This document shows positions 1-10,026 of a stretch of DNA of 38,520 nucleotides, one piece after another. Each line of letters begins with the position of its first letter. The stretch's first letter is position 1. The notes under the pieces are model-generated. The model saw only the letters and a program-made list of their open reading frames with translations. It was not told where the DNA came from and searched no databases. The position numbers and the translations under genes were made by a program. Origin of the DNA: Octopus bimaculoides (Eukaryota); contig NC_068986.1 in the NCBI RefSeq assembly GCF_001194135.2, positions 21,089,865-21,128,384 of the forward strand, given 5' to 3'.

Positions 1-151
1 CACACACACACACACACACATACAAACATACATACATACAAACAAACAAACAAACAAACAAACAAACAAACAAACAAACAAACAAACAAACAAACAAACA
101 AACAAACAAACATACATACATACATACATACATACATACATACATACATAC
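1..151. repeat. Compound microsatellite (CA)n-(CAAA)n-(CATA)n
   Basis: Read directly from the sequence. Confidence 0.98.
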
Positions 152-392
152 AGTATGTGATGATAGCACTCTATCAGCCAAGACTGTTATAATGAAACTC
201 ACTAGTCTTGTTAAATACATCTACGCACATATTTAAGCTACTGCTCTCTTATGTTGATACTTCCCCTTACGTAAACTATAAACTTCACATAATTAGGATC
301 CGAAACTTGATTACATGAAACACATTAGCGGTAAACCATCTAATTAAGAGTATTGTGGTTGGTTTTGATCAATGGTATTTGTGTTCACTCAC

Positions 393-476
393 CGTCCGTT
401 GATCATCTTGCGGCTTCGGATTCATGCATGACAGGACACACAGCGAACAAACAAATGAGAATCCGCAGCAGCATGA
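393..476 (-). CDS. Candidate 84-nt coding exon, SCCCGFSFVCSLCVLSCMNPKPQDDQRT (phase 0-0); product unknown
   Basis: Strong donor ACG|GTGAGT at 393/392. Possible acceptor tgttttcggttccctttgtaacggcgccaag| at 477/476. GC-richer than the flanks. The same frame also opens at an upstream ATG (MKNVFGSLCNGAK...), so it could be a first exon. No family recognised. Confidence 0.3.
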
Positions 477-689
477 CTTGGCGCCGTTACAAAGGGAACC
501 GAAAACATTTTTCATTCATGGATATTAGGAGATTAGATTTCTTTGCCTTTGGCATTTGATAGTAAAATTATCACTTGCCAAATGAAAAACAGCATTTATG
601 AATGAATGAATGGATAGATAAATAAACAAATACATAATATGATTGTAGTTCGGTTGCTATAAAAAAACGGAATTGGTAACAAGCCAACT

Positions 690-770
690 AAGGAATGTTT
701 GCATAGTCACACGATTTGCTAGAAGCAACAGCAAATCTTCCTCAAATGATGACCTTCTCTTGTAAATAAG
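690..770 (-). mobile_element. Fragment of interspersed repeat family F
   Basis: tttgctagaagcaacagcaaatcttcctcaaat is the reverse complement of the segment at 3790-3825 and 13540-13570. Confidence 0.6.
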
Positions 771-1304
771 AAAAATACACATTGGCGGACACACTAAAAA
801 AAAAAAAAGAAGATAGGCTGAACACAGATGGGGCTATAGGTCTCGATCGGTTTTGACCTTGGTGTAAACAACAACGATGTGACAATAACAACTTATGGAA
901 AGTTTGTTTCTAGTATTTTCATTCATTCTACCGTATGTTTTAATTGTTGAGCGAGCAGATTTATAACCAAAAGCATTCCAGACAACCATCCAGTCATTTC
1001 CATGGTCCGTAAGACAACAGTATCTCACATGTTCTTTCGCAGACTTAATATGGTAGATTGTTGTTTGAGGAAGATTTAACTGCTCTTTCTAGGAGGTTTC
1101 TCAAGTACATAGAGATTCCATTATCACGCTAAAAACATTAGTTCCCGTTTAATCTTGCTGTAAAGCAAGATTGTTGTAAAGCAAGATTAAAGCTATCAGC
1201 AAGGAGAGACCCAGGTGCGGTTTCAATACCATTTGAAGGTAGTTTATTTCGATAACTTATTTCTCTTGCAGACACAAATGCTACAAACAAACAAAGGAGC
1301 TTCT

Positions 1305-1405
1305 ATGTGATCGATCAACTTGCTAAAAACTGCCCTCAAATCACACCCAATTCTCTTTTGAAAGATGAAATGGTCGTCACAGGAATACCTTTGATCTGGA
1401 ACTAA
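1305..1405 (-). mobile_element. Fragment of interspersed repeat family F
   Basis: ccctcaaatcacacc...atggtcgtcacaggaatacctttgatc matches the other F copies in the window. Confidence 0.6.
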
Positions 1406-2560
1406 AAGAATGTTTTTTTTTTTTTACTCCTCTTGATGATAACTGTAAAATCAATATGAAAACTTCGGTGAGGAAAAACGGCTACACGGTTTTCATTCCC
1501 TGGTGTATCCACCCACTTCTTTTAAATTGCGAGGACTCATGAGAAAGGTTTTAACGCAAGGTTTTGCATCCGCTTCCTTCCTGCGTGTGTGAGAGTATAC
1601 TCGGTTATAAAAGAAAAAATCGTTTTTATTCTACTTATGTAGACATCCTTAATATAACAAGGCTCTGGGAGACGCATAAATAGCGACTGCAATTGAATTT
1701 TAAATTATTTATCTATTTATAGCTAAAAATCTTCATCAACTGATCAAATAAGCTTGAGTAGTCTGTTACATCGATGAGGTCTAAAAAACTGAAACATGTC
1801 TTTAGTTGTCTCTTATTTGCAAAGATCAGACTTCCCTTAAGCTTGTAAATTAACTGAGAGATTCGTTCCTAATTTCTTAGCATTATTTCCCCTTTTCTTT
1901 GTGTGGTTTACAGATTTTTTCTCAAACTAAGACTGAAGTTTCGAACAACTTTTTTTAAAAAACTAAATCCTTTATACAGTCAGAAACTGTACGCCGTGAT
2001 AAAACTAACATTCGCAAATACTATTACTTTTTCTTCCATTAAAATTCGTACAGCAACAACACTTTAACAAACAAAACTTCGATGTTTATGATTCGCTTTC
2101 TTCACAATTAGCATAACCACTTCAAAACGTGCTTGTGTTACGGAAGTATGTGCATTATTTGTCATTTTGTAGGTTGCGTTTACATAAATATTCTTTTTAA
2201 AATACTAACTTATCTGAAGGCAGCCTCTTTCAGTTTTTCGTATTCTTTATTCTCGATAAAGTTTGCACTTCATATAAGCCACAATCGAATCTTTGTGAGT
2301 AAGACGCATGCACTTTCCTTTTATTTCTATGGGAAAATAAATTATGTCTATTTTTTTATTGAATAGAAAAATCGAGTTGGAAACTATTTTTTCTTTTATT
2401 TGTACAAACCATTGCAGAAAGGGTTACTTTTATGCACTGAATATATTAATCGGTTTGGAATACTTAATAAAAATAAGTAAGGGAACAGTAAATTTTGCTG
2501 CTTTCAAAATTATTTTAATTTGTTATATCGCAACCAGGAATCAACTTAGACAAAACTTAC

Positions 2561-2571
2561 ATCCACCCTGG
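2561..2571 (-). other. Candidate 11-nt micro-exon CCAGGGTGGAT
   Basis: The minus strand reads tattgttattcttactgaacag|CCAGGGTGGAT|gtaagt: canonical acceptor and consensus donor. Confidence 0.25.
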
Positions 2572-2669
2572 CTGTTCAGTAAGAATAACAATATTTAATG
2601 GGACAATAAATCACCGCAAGGGGAGATGTTTGGGGGAAGATACATGCTAAAAGCTAAGTAATTGTAATA

Positions 2670-2868
2670 ATTCTTTCAATTATGGGCACAAAGCCTGAAA
2701 TTCGAGGGGAGGGCTTAGTCGATTATATCAACCTCAGTGCTCAGCGGGTACTAATTTTATCAGCTCCGAAATGATGAAAGACAAAATCGACTTCTGCGGA
2801 ATTTGAACTCAGAACGTAGAGGGGCGAAATGCCGCTATGTCGTGGTAACGGTTCTACCAGGTCGTTGC
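2670..2868 (-). mobile_element. tRNA-derived SINE, family A (diverged)
   Basis: Contains ggcacaaagcctgaaatt...ttcgactt...ggaatttgaactcagaacgt, the reverse complement of the family A body with its B-box GAGTTCAAATTCC. Confidence 0.85.
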
Positions 2869-2884
2869 TCTAAGTAGCTGTAAT

Positions 2885-3245
2885 AATCCTTTCTACTATT
2901 GGCACAAGGCCTGAAATTTTGGCGGGATGGGGCCAGTCGATAATATCGACCCAGTGCGCAACTGGTACTTAATTTATCGACCCCGAAAGAACAAAAGGCA
3001 AAGTTGACCTCGCCGGAATTTGAACTCATAACGTAAAGACGGACTAAAAACCGCTTAGCATTTCGCCCGGAGTACTAACGTTTCTTATTTCTTTATTGCC
3101 CACAAGGGGCTAAACACAGAGGGGACAAACAAGGACAGACAAAGGGATTAAGTCGATTAACTGGTACTTAATTTATCGACCCCGAAAGAATAAAAGGCAA
3201 GGTTGACCTCGGCGGAATTTGAACTCAGAACGTCACGACAGCCGC
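2885..3245 (-). mobile_element. Composite SINE: variant A' unit fused head-to-tail to a 5'-clipped family A unit
   Basis: Junction ...ctaacgtttc|ttatttctttattgcccacaagggg at 3084/3085; the same junction recurs at 9272/9273. Confidence 0.85.
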
Positions 3246-3494
3246 TTAAAATGAATAACTCTAATAATGATTTGACTATTACATCGTCGATGCTTTACGG
3301 ATTCGGATTCAAGATTACAGCCACGGCTTATGCATTACAGAAACATTTTATGCCAATTAGAATTATTGAAATCCATTATACTGTATTAGTTTTAGCCAAA
3401 GGGTGGAAGACGGATACAATTGTAAGAGCGTTAGAGAAAGAACCTTCACGTTCTCAGTTCCAGTCTCACCGAGGGAAAATACTTTGTGGTATTC

Positions 3495-3600
3495 GTTTCG
3501 GCTCTTTACTTTCTGGGTTCAAATCCAGCCAAGATCAGCTTTCGTTTTTACTCTTTCTGAGTCGATAAAATAAAATAAAATACCAGCCAAGTACTGGGAC
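3495..3600 (+). mobile_element. Degenerate family A SINE fragment
   Basis: gggttcaaatccagccaagatcagctttcgtttt...gtcgataaaat...taccagcc. Confidence 0.6.
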
Positions 3601-3649
3601 CATTATAGGCTTTGAACCTAAATAAGAAACAGTTGTTGTTGTTGGTGGT

Positions 3650-3825
3650 GGTGCAGTTTAGCTCCAGATCATTCCTGATTGTGCAAACCAACTATGAAGA
3701 AATTCCAGCCGTTACCATTCCGTCTTATTAGAGGATTGCAAGACTAAATATCCTGTGTGTCCTTTTCTTTTCCAAAACAATAGAGCGTGATTTGAGGTGG
3801 ATTTGGTTTATATTTCAAGCAGGAG
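3650..3825 (+). mobile_element. Interspersed repeat family F
   Basis: gtttagctccagatc...attccagccgttaccattccgtctt...gtgatttgaggtggatttgg; collinear with 13388-13610 and 18312-18460. Confidence 0.7.
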
Positions 3826-3859
3826 AAATAAGCTAGAAACCCTCCTCTCCATCTCTGTA

Positions 3860-3860
3860 C

Positions 3861-3897
<37 letters not shown>

Positions 3898-3981
3898 TTT
3901 GTCTTTCTTTCTTTCTTTCTTTTTTTGTCTTTCTTTCTTTCTTTCTTTCTCTCTTTCTTTCTCTCCCTCCCTCTCTCTCTA

Positions 3982-4042
<61 letters not shown>

Positions 4043-4368
4043 NNNNNNNNNNNNNNNNNNNNNNNNNNNNNNNNNNNNNNNNNNNNNNNNNNNNNNNNNN
4101 NNNNNNNNNNNNNNNNNNNNNNNNNNNNNNNNNNNNNNNNNNNNNNNNNNNNNNNNNNNNNNNNNNNNNNNNNNNNNNNNNNNNNNNNNNNNNNNNNNNN
4201 NNNNNNNNNNNNNNNNNNNNNNNNNNNNNNNNNNNNNNNNNNNNNNNNNNNNNNNNNNNNNNNNNNNNNNNNNNNNNNNNNNNNNNNNNNNNNNNNNNNN
4301 NNNNNNNNNNNNNNNNNNNNNNNNNNNNNNNNNNNNNNNNNNNNNNNNNNNNNNNNNNNNNNNNNNNN

Positions 4369-4400
<32 letters not shown>
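3860..4400. repeat. (CT)n/(CTTT)n microsatellite interrupted by an N-gap
   Basis: Read directly; gap 4043-4368. Confidence 0.97.
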
Positions 4401-4442
4401 CTTCTTCGCTCGCTCGTTGATTCGTTATTGTCATTGTCGTAA

Positions 4443-4873
4443 AGGCTGGTTGAGCTGACGAAACATTACGGGGCCGTAATGCTTAGTATTTCATCTGCCG
4501 CTACGTTTTGAGTTCAAATTCTGCCGAGGTCAACTTAACCTTTCATCCTCTCGAGGTTGATAATTTAAGTACCAGTTGAACACTGGGTTGATGTAATCGA
4601 CTCATCACCTCCCCCAGAATGGCTGCCCTTGTAGCAAAATTTGAAACCACCTTTATTATTCTTTTCTACTTTAGGCACAAGGCCTGAAATTTTGGGGGAG
4701 GGAAGCCCAGTCGATCAGACCGACCCCAGTACGCACCTGGTGCTTAATTTATCGTTCCCGAAAGCATGAAAGGCAAAGTCGACCTCGGCGGAATTTGAGC
4801 TCAGAACGTAAAGACAGACGAAATACCGCTAAGCATTTCGCCCGGCGTGCTAATGTTTCTGTCAGCTCGCCAC
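4443..4873. mobile_element. Tail-to-tail pair of family A SINEs (+ 4443-4650; - 4657-4873)
   Basis: Both carry the A/B-box head (GAGCTGGCAGAA... / GAGTTCAAATT) and the ggccttgtgcc tail, in opposite orientation. Confidence 0.9.
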
Positions 4874-5159
4874 TTTAAACCACCATTAATATTATCAGTA
4901 TTATTATTATTATTATTATTATTGAAGCGTTCTCAGCTTTGTTGTGTTTACCGTTGTGTATCTCTTAGGAATTTATGATAAGTTCCAGAAACTAATTTCT
5001 TTATTGTTGTTGATACTGCTGCTACCACTACTACTGCCACTGCGACAAAACCATCAGAATTAGTAATGAGAAAACAGATTCAAATATAATCATACACCAT
5101 CTTTCTCTATTCCCATAACAATCACAGACACATGTTAAAATCATGCAGCAGTTACTTAC

Positions 5160-5184
5160 ATCGCCTCCTATACAGCATCCTCAT
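5160..5184 (-). CDS. Candidate first coding segment MRMLYRRR (phase 1) ending at a consensus donor
   Basis: ATGAGGATGCTGTATAGGAGGCGAT|gtaagt. An overlapping out-of-frame uORF (MDGKYDKRSLAVNEDAV*, 5221-5168) weakens the call. Confidence 0.2.
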
Positions 5185-5431
5185 TCACCGCTAACGATCT
5201 CTTATCATACTTCCCATCCATTCTGCAGCCTGCGATTTTGATGAATTCCACAACTAAGAATTCCTTAAATACCGCTTTCCAAAACTTCGATTGACAGAGT
5301 CGCAAGAGTAATTAGCTGCTCTAACTAAATATCTCAAGGTCATAACTATGCAAATCGACAGAATAGTCACGACTGGAGCGCCTTTGAACATAGGTTTGTT
5401 CGATCAGAAATCGCCTGTAAACGAAGAGTAA

Positions 5432-5457
5432 CCACGCCAATATTGGTAAGAGCCAAT
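5432..5457. promoter_or_regulatory. Triple CCAAT-box cluster (putative NF-Y promoter)
   Basis: ccacgCCAATATTGGtaagagCCAAT: CCAAT 5437-5441, ATTGG 5442-5446 and CCAAT 5453-5457, within a CpG-richer unique island. Confidence 0.4.
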
Positions 5458-5539
5458 GAGGAAAGCTTGTAGACGATTGCTTGATCTGGTAGAAATAAGA
5501 AAGGACAGAATAGCAAACTTTCTCCTCCATTATTTCGAA

Positions 5540-5612
5540 AAGACGGAATGGCCACAGCTGGAATGTCTTCTATAATAGATCAGGGATGACTTAAAGCTAA
5601 CTAACAACAACC
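5540..5612 (-). mobile_element. Family F fragment
   Basis: aagacggaatggccacagctggaatg...ctaacaacaac is the reverse complement of the F start. Confidence 0.6.
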
Positions 5613-5631
5613 AATACTGATATTCTGTCTA

Positions 5632-6226
5632 CAATAACCCCTCGACTATCGCGGGTGTTACGTTCCAAAAGCCCCCGCGATAGGTGAAAACCCGCGAAGT
5701 AGAAACAGTACTGTACTGTATATTTCTTTTATTATGTTTATAGGAGGTGCAATGGCTTAATGGTTAGGGTCGTAGGATCGCGGTTTCGATTCCCAGACTG
5801 GGCATTGTGAGTGTTTATTGAGCGAAAACACCTAATGCTCCACGAGGCTCCGGCAGGGGGTGGTGGCGAACCCTGCTGTACTCTTTCACCACAACTTTCT
5901 CTCTCTCACTTCCTGTTTCTATTGTACCTGTATTTCGAAGGGCCAGCCTTATCACAGTATCACGCTGAATATCCCCGAGAACTACGTTAAGGGTACACGT
6001 GTCTGTGGAGTGCTCAGCCACTTGCATGTTAATTTCACGAGCAGGCTGTTCCGTTGATCGGATCAACTGGAACCCTCGATGTCGTAAGCGACGGAGTGCC
6101 AACAACAACGTTATGTTTATAATTTGTACATATTTAATTATAAAAGCAAAACAACACCACGGAATAATCGACATAAGCTTAAATAATTAACCGCGATAGG
6201 TGAACCGTGATATGGCGAGGGATTAT
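5632..6226. mobile_element. pogo/Tigger-like (Tc1/mariner superfamily) MITE, interrupted by a SINE
   Basis: The left end TA|CAATAACCCCTCGACTATCGCGG and right end CCGTGATATGGCGAGGGATTA form imperfect TIRs. CCGCGATAGGTGAA occurs near both ends. The Tigger-type assignment is from memory. Confidence 0.7.
5743..6110 (+). mobile_element. tRNA-derived SINE, family B (long variant), full length with 11-bp TSD
   Basis: A-box TGGCTTAATGG, B-box GGTTTCGATTCC, (AAC)n tail; TSD TTATGTTTATA at 5732-5742 and 6111-6121. Confidence 0.92.
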
Positions 6227-6242
6227 AATTTTTTTTTTTTTT

Positions 6243-6345
6243 TCTTCATCCTTTCGGATTAGATCAAATAAGTACCAGTTGAGCATTGTAATCGACTAGC
6301 CCTCTTCCTGAAAAATTTCAGACCTTGTGCCTGTAGCAGAAAGGG
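6243..6345 (+). mobile_element. 3' half of a family A SINE
   Basis: ttcatcctttcgg...aataagtaccagttgagca...ccttgtgcc. Confidence 0.8.
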
Positions 6346-7659
6346 TTGTAACTGTCTTTGTTGTTGCTAGTCGTGAAGGATTGGAAAAAACAAACACACA
6401 CGAAATACGTATGATTTTGTAATTTATTTCTTGTTCTTCTTGAATTTTACGGTTGATTTGTTGTAGAAATTCTAGTTGTTGTAGTCAACATCATTGTTAA
6501 TACAATTTTTACAAAATCTCTATGACAGACGTAGAGCAAACACCGATTTAATTTTGCTCTGTAACTTTTAAACCAGAAAATATATTGTTTGCATCATAAG
6601 AGGTCAGATACTTCGAGAAACGAGAAATAATTCGTTTTCAACTGTTGAATACGGCAGCCTTTGTCTTTATGTGCCAAAACAGTTTCTTTAAGCTAATATT
6701 TACATGTTATTTATAACTTTATCTTTGAGTTCAACCGTTAAAAAGAGAATATATATTCTCATAACTATAGAATTTCATTTCGTTCAATTTAAATGAATAT
6801 ATATTCTATAAACCCAGAATTACAACCATTTCAGATATCCATTACTCAATTTGTCCATTTATAGCTTAAACTTTATACTTAATATAACTAAGTCTGATGT
6901 AAAATGGGGTATTATTACAGTATTATTTACGCTGTATTAACATTGTTGTATGTTGTGCAAAAAGGAAACTTTAGACAATTCATAAAAACATGTTCAGTCA
7001 AAGCTATATTTTATCATCTTCCCTCTTCATTATTATCATTAATTTTATCATGTGGAAATTATGAACTGAAAAACTAAGAGATCAATAACCGGAATGATGA
7101 ATAATTGATTTGGAGTTTACTGGCAAATAACACGTTAATAGCAGAAAATTGCTCCCATTTACAGATTATGAAACATAATATTTAATACGTGTCTGAGATA
7201 TTTGTCTTTCAAATAAGCAGCACAGAAACCAAAGGATTGATCCATGCAAAGAAGCAGCAATCAGTATTAGAAATCAGGGAAGAAATGTCTGCTACGTTCG
7301 CTTCTCTCATTAGTTGAATTCCAATTCGAGAGAAGCTGATCTTATGAAAGATAGAATTACGAGATTACTAGTTTCTTGAAGGCTTTTCTCGACTGTACTT
7401 AGAGAAAAAAAATTCACTACTATGGAGATCAAACTACTTCTCTTATTTCGAGATAGTCAAAATTATTTTGTCAGTCAAAATTATTTTGTCATAATGATAA
7501 TCGTTTTAAACACAGCCACGTGACTTGCACAATGGAAACGAGTCTCTGAAGTCAGTTTTGATATGAATTTGTCAGCAAAATAAAAGCCAACGAAGTATAA
7601 AACCAGAAAGCCCATCTCCGCCATTTTTTAACGAAAAATATACATTCTATGTACACACA

Positions 7660-7669
7660 CATACACACG

Positions 7670-7709
<40 letters not shown>

Positions 7710-7712
7710 TAT

Positions 7713-7747
<35 letters not shown>

Positions 7748-7760
7748 TAGATAGATAGAA
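7660..7760. repeat. (CA)n-(GATA)n compound microsatellite
   Basis: Read directly. Confidence 0.97.
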
Positions 7761-7782
7761 AACTTTATATATGTGAACGGTA

Positions 7783-8013
7783 GTGACTGTGTAGTAAGAA
7801 GTTTCCATCTCAACCACACGGTTCCGGGTTTAGTCCCACTGCGTGGGACCTTAGACAAGTAACTTCTACTAGCCGGAAAATCAAAGAAGTGCATCGTATA
7901 TGTGTGCGCGCGTGTGTCTGACAATTGGTGTTGGTGTGTTTACGTACCCGTAACTTAGCGGTCCAGCAAAAGGGAAAACAGAATAAGTATTACGCTTAAA
8001 AAATAAGTACTGG
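7783..8013 (+). mobile_element. Family E SINE fragments (tRNA head plus CORE-like segment; tail segment at 7921-8013)
   Basis: gtgactgtgtagtaagaag...gggtttagtcccactgcgtgggaccttagacaagt; related copies at 18615-18770 (-) and 32075-32190 (-). The CORE resemblance is from memory of the MIR consensus. Confidence 0.7.
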
Positions 8014-8239
8014 CTACAGTAGAAGAAACTTGCACAAGGTATTGTGCAATGGGGATGAACTCGAAAGGACGTGATTGCAAAGCGAACTTTTGAACTATAT
8101 ATCCATGCCTACAGGTGGAAAAACAAGAAACAGGAAAGATAAAAGTATAAATAAAATAATAAATTGCTAGTGGACATTTTGGAGTGACATCTATTTTTTC
8201 CTGCTTTTGGAATATTGTTGTTACTTTAAGATTTTGACC

Positions 8240-8410
8240 GGCTTTAAAAATGGCTTTTTGAGCCTAAACGAAACGTACGTTGACCTCCGTTATTGATATG
8301 CGACGCTGGCAGCCATTTTCAGTTTTATCCTATCGCCAGAGACGTACAATCACATTTAGAAGAGTTTCTCTTTTTGTATGTTTTTATAAACTTGTTTGTT
8401 GTTGATTTGT
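8240..8410. promoter_or_regulatory. CpG-richer housekeeping-type, possibly bidirectional promoter
   Basis: YY1-type AAAATGGC on both strands (+ about 8247, - 8312-8319); Inr-like TCAGTT 8319-8324; + donor TTT|GTGAGT at 8408/8409; - donor AAC|GTACGT at 8279/8278. An ETS motif ACTTCCGG lies at about 8746. Confidence 0.4.
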
Positions 8411-9072
8411 GAGTATGTGTCTGTGTGTATGCGTTTGTGTTTGTTTGTGGGGCGTGCGTTGGCAGTTTTTTTTTTCCTGTCATTTATCCACTTTCAATTT
8501 TTTTTTTTTTAAACAATCCAAACTTTTGCCCTTTTTCGTTTCAAAATAAGCTAGGAAGTAAAGAAGCAGAAAAACCAATTCGAAAACAATTCCTACAAAT
8601 TACTAGAATCATATTTCGTAAATAGCATCAGATTGCAGACATCTGGCTGACAAAAAGAGAAATAGAAAAATAGAAAGGAAAGCTTCTCTTTTTTATCTGT
8701 GTCAAAACCTCCTAAGTGCCAGCTGATATTTTGGTAACTTTAAAAACTTCCGGTTTTATCTCATCCTCGTAGAGAAGTACTGTTTGTATTTCTCAGAAAG
8801 CAATTATACTCAAAACATTCTCATAAATTGAAAAAGAGAAAGAAGAAACAAGAAAAACGAATAGTTGCTATGATGGATGGCTTCTGACACTTGCGAGTTA
8901 TATTATTTGCCAAATCATTTTGGTTAACGAAGCTTTGATTTCGAATTTTATTGATCTAGACTCTCGGCTTTGTTCTCTATTTTCTTTTTAGAGATTCAAT
9001 CTTTATTATTATTATTATTATTGTTGTTGTTGTTTTACTTCTCAGAGTACTCGATTTTGTTTGCTCTGGTAG

Positions 9073-9322
9073 ATTCTTTTCTACTCTAGGCACAAGGCCC
9101 GAAATTTTGGCGGAGGGGGACAGTCGATTAAATTGACCCCAGTACGCAACTGGTACTTATTTAATCGACCCCGAAAGGATGAAAGGCAAAGTCGACCTCG
9201 GCGGAATTTAAACTCAGAACGTAACGGCAGACGAAATACCGCTAAGCATTTCGCCCGGCGTGCTAACGTTTCTTATTTCTTTATTGCTCACAAGGGGCTA
9301 AACATAGAGGGGACAAACAACG
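9073..9322 (-). mobile_element. Composite SINE (family A unit plus A' tail), running into a gap
   Basis: Low-divergence copy with the same junction as 3084/3085. Confidence 0.9.
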
Positions 9323-9994
9323 NNNNNNNNNNNNNNNNNNNNNNNNNNNNNNNNNNNNNNNNNNNNNNNNNNNNNNNNNNNNNNNNNNNNNNNNNNNNNN
9401 NNNNNNNNNNNNNNNNNNNNNNNNNNNNNNNNNNNNNNNNNNNNNNNNNNNNNNNNNNNNNNNNNNNNNNNNNNNNNNNNNNNNNNNNNNNNNNNNNNNN
9501 NNNNNNNNNNNNNNNNNNNNNNNNNNNNNNNNNNNNNNNNNNNNNNNNNNNNNNNNNNNNNNNNNNNNNNNNNNNNNNNNNNNNNNNNNNNNNNNNNNNN
9601 NNNNNNNNNNNNNNNNNNNNNNNNNNNNNNNNNNNNNNNNNNNNNNNNNNNNNNNNNNNNNNNNNNNNNNNNNNNNNNNNNNNNNNNNNNNNNNNNNNNN
9701 NNNNNNNNNNNNNNNNNNNNNNNNNNNNNNNNNNNNNNNNNNNNNNNNNNNNNNNNNNNNNNNNNNNNNNNNNNNNNNNNNNNNNNNNNNNNNNNNNNNN
9801 NNNNNNNNNNNNNNNNNNNNNNNNNNNNNNNNNNNNNNNNNNNNNNNNNNNNNNNNNNNNNNNNNNNNNNNNNNNNNNNNNNNNNNNNNNNNNNNNNNNN
9901 NNNNNNNNNNNNNNNNNNNNNNNNNNNNNNNNNNNNNNNNNNNNNNNNNNNNNNNNNNNNNNNNNNNNNNNNNNNNNNNNNNNNNNNNNNNNNN

Positions 9995-10026
<32 letters not shown>

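Noticed and set aside
396-430. GoLoco-like DDQR in MNPKPQDDQR
   Set aside because: Only the D-Q-R triad and one Met match; the upstream amphipathic helix pattern is absent.
393-473. Signal-peptide-like frame MLLRILICLFAVCPVMHESEAAR-TGA-STD as a selenoprotein
   Set aside because: No resemblance to selenoprotein families I know, no redox motif around the TGA, and no SECIS can be assessed.
699-711. 13-nt match TTGCATAGTCACA to the start of miR-153
   Set aside because: There is no complementary 5' arm upstream, the 3' half diverges, and it sits at the edge of a family F repeat fragment.
6533-6560. Short hairpins (AGAGCAAA/TTTGCTCT here; also about 7290-7326, 18483-18512 and 35161-35190)
   Set aside because: Stems of 8-10 bp without extension are too short for pre-miRNAs and common by chance.
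7093-7197. C/D-box snoRNA candidate (ATGATGA...CTGA)
   Set aside because: No terminal stem, no convincing C'/D' boxes and no recognisable rRNA guide; expected by chance in AT-rich DNA.
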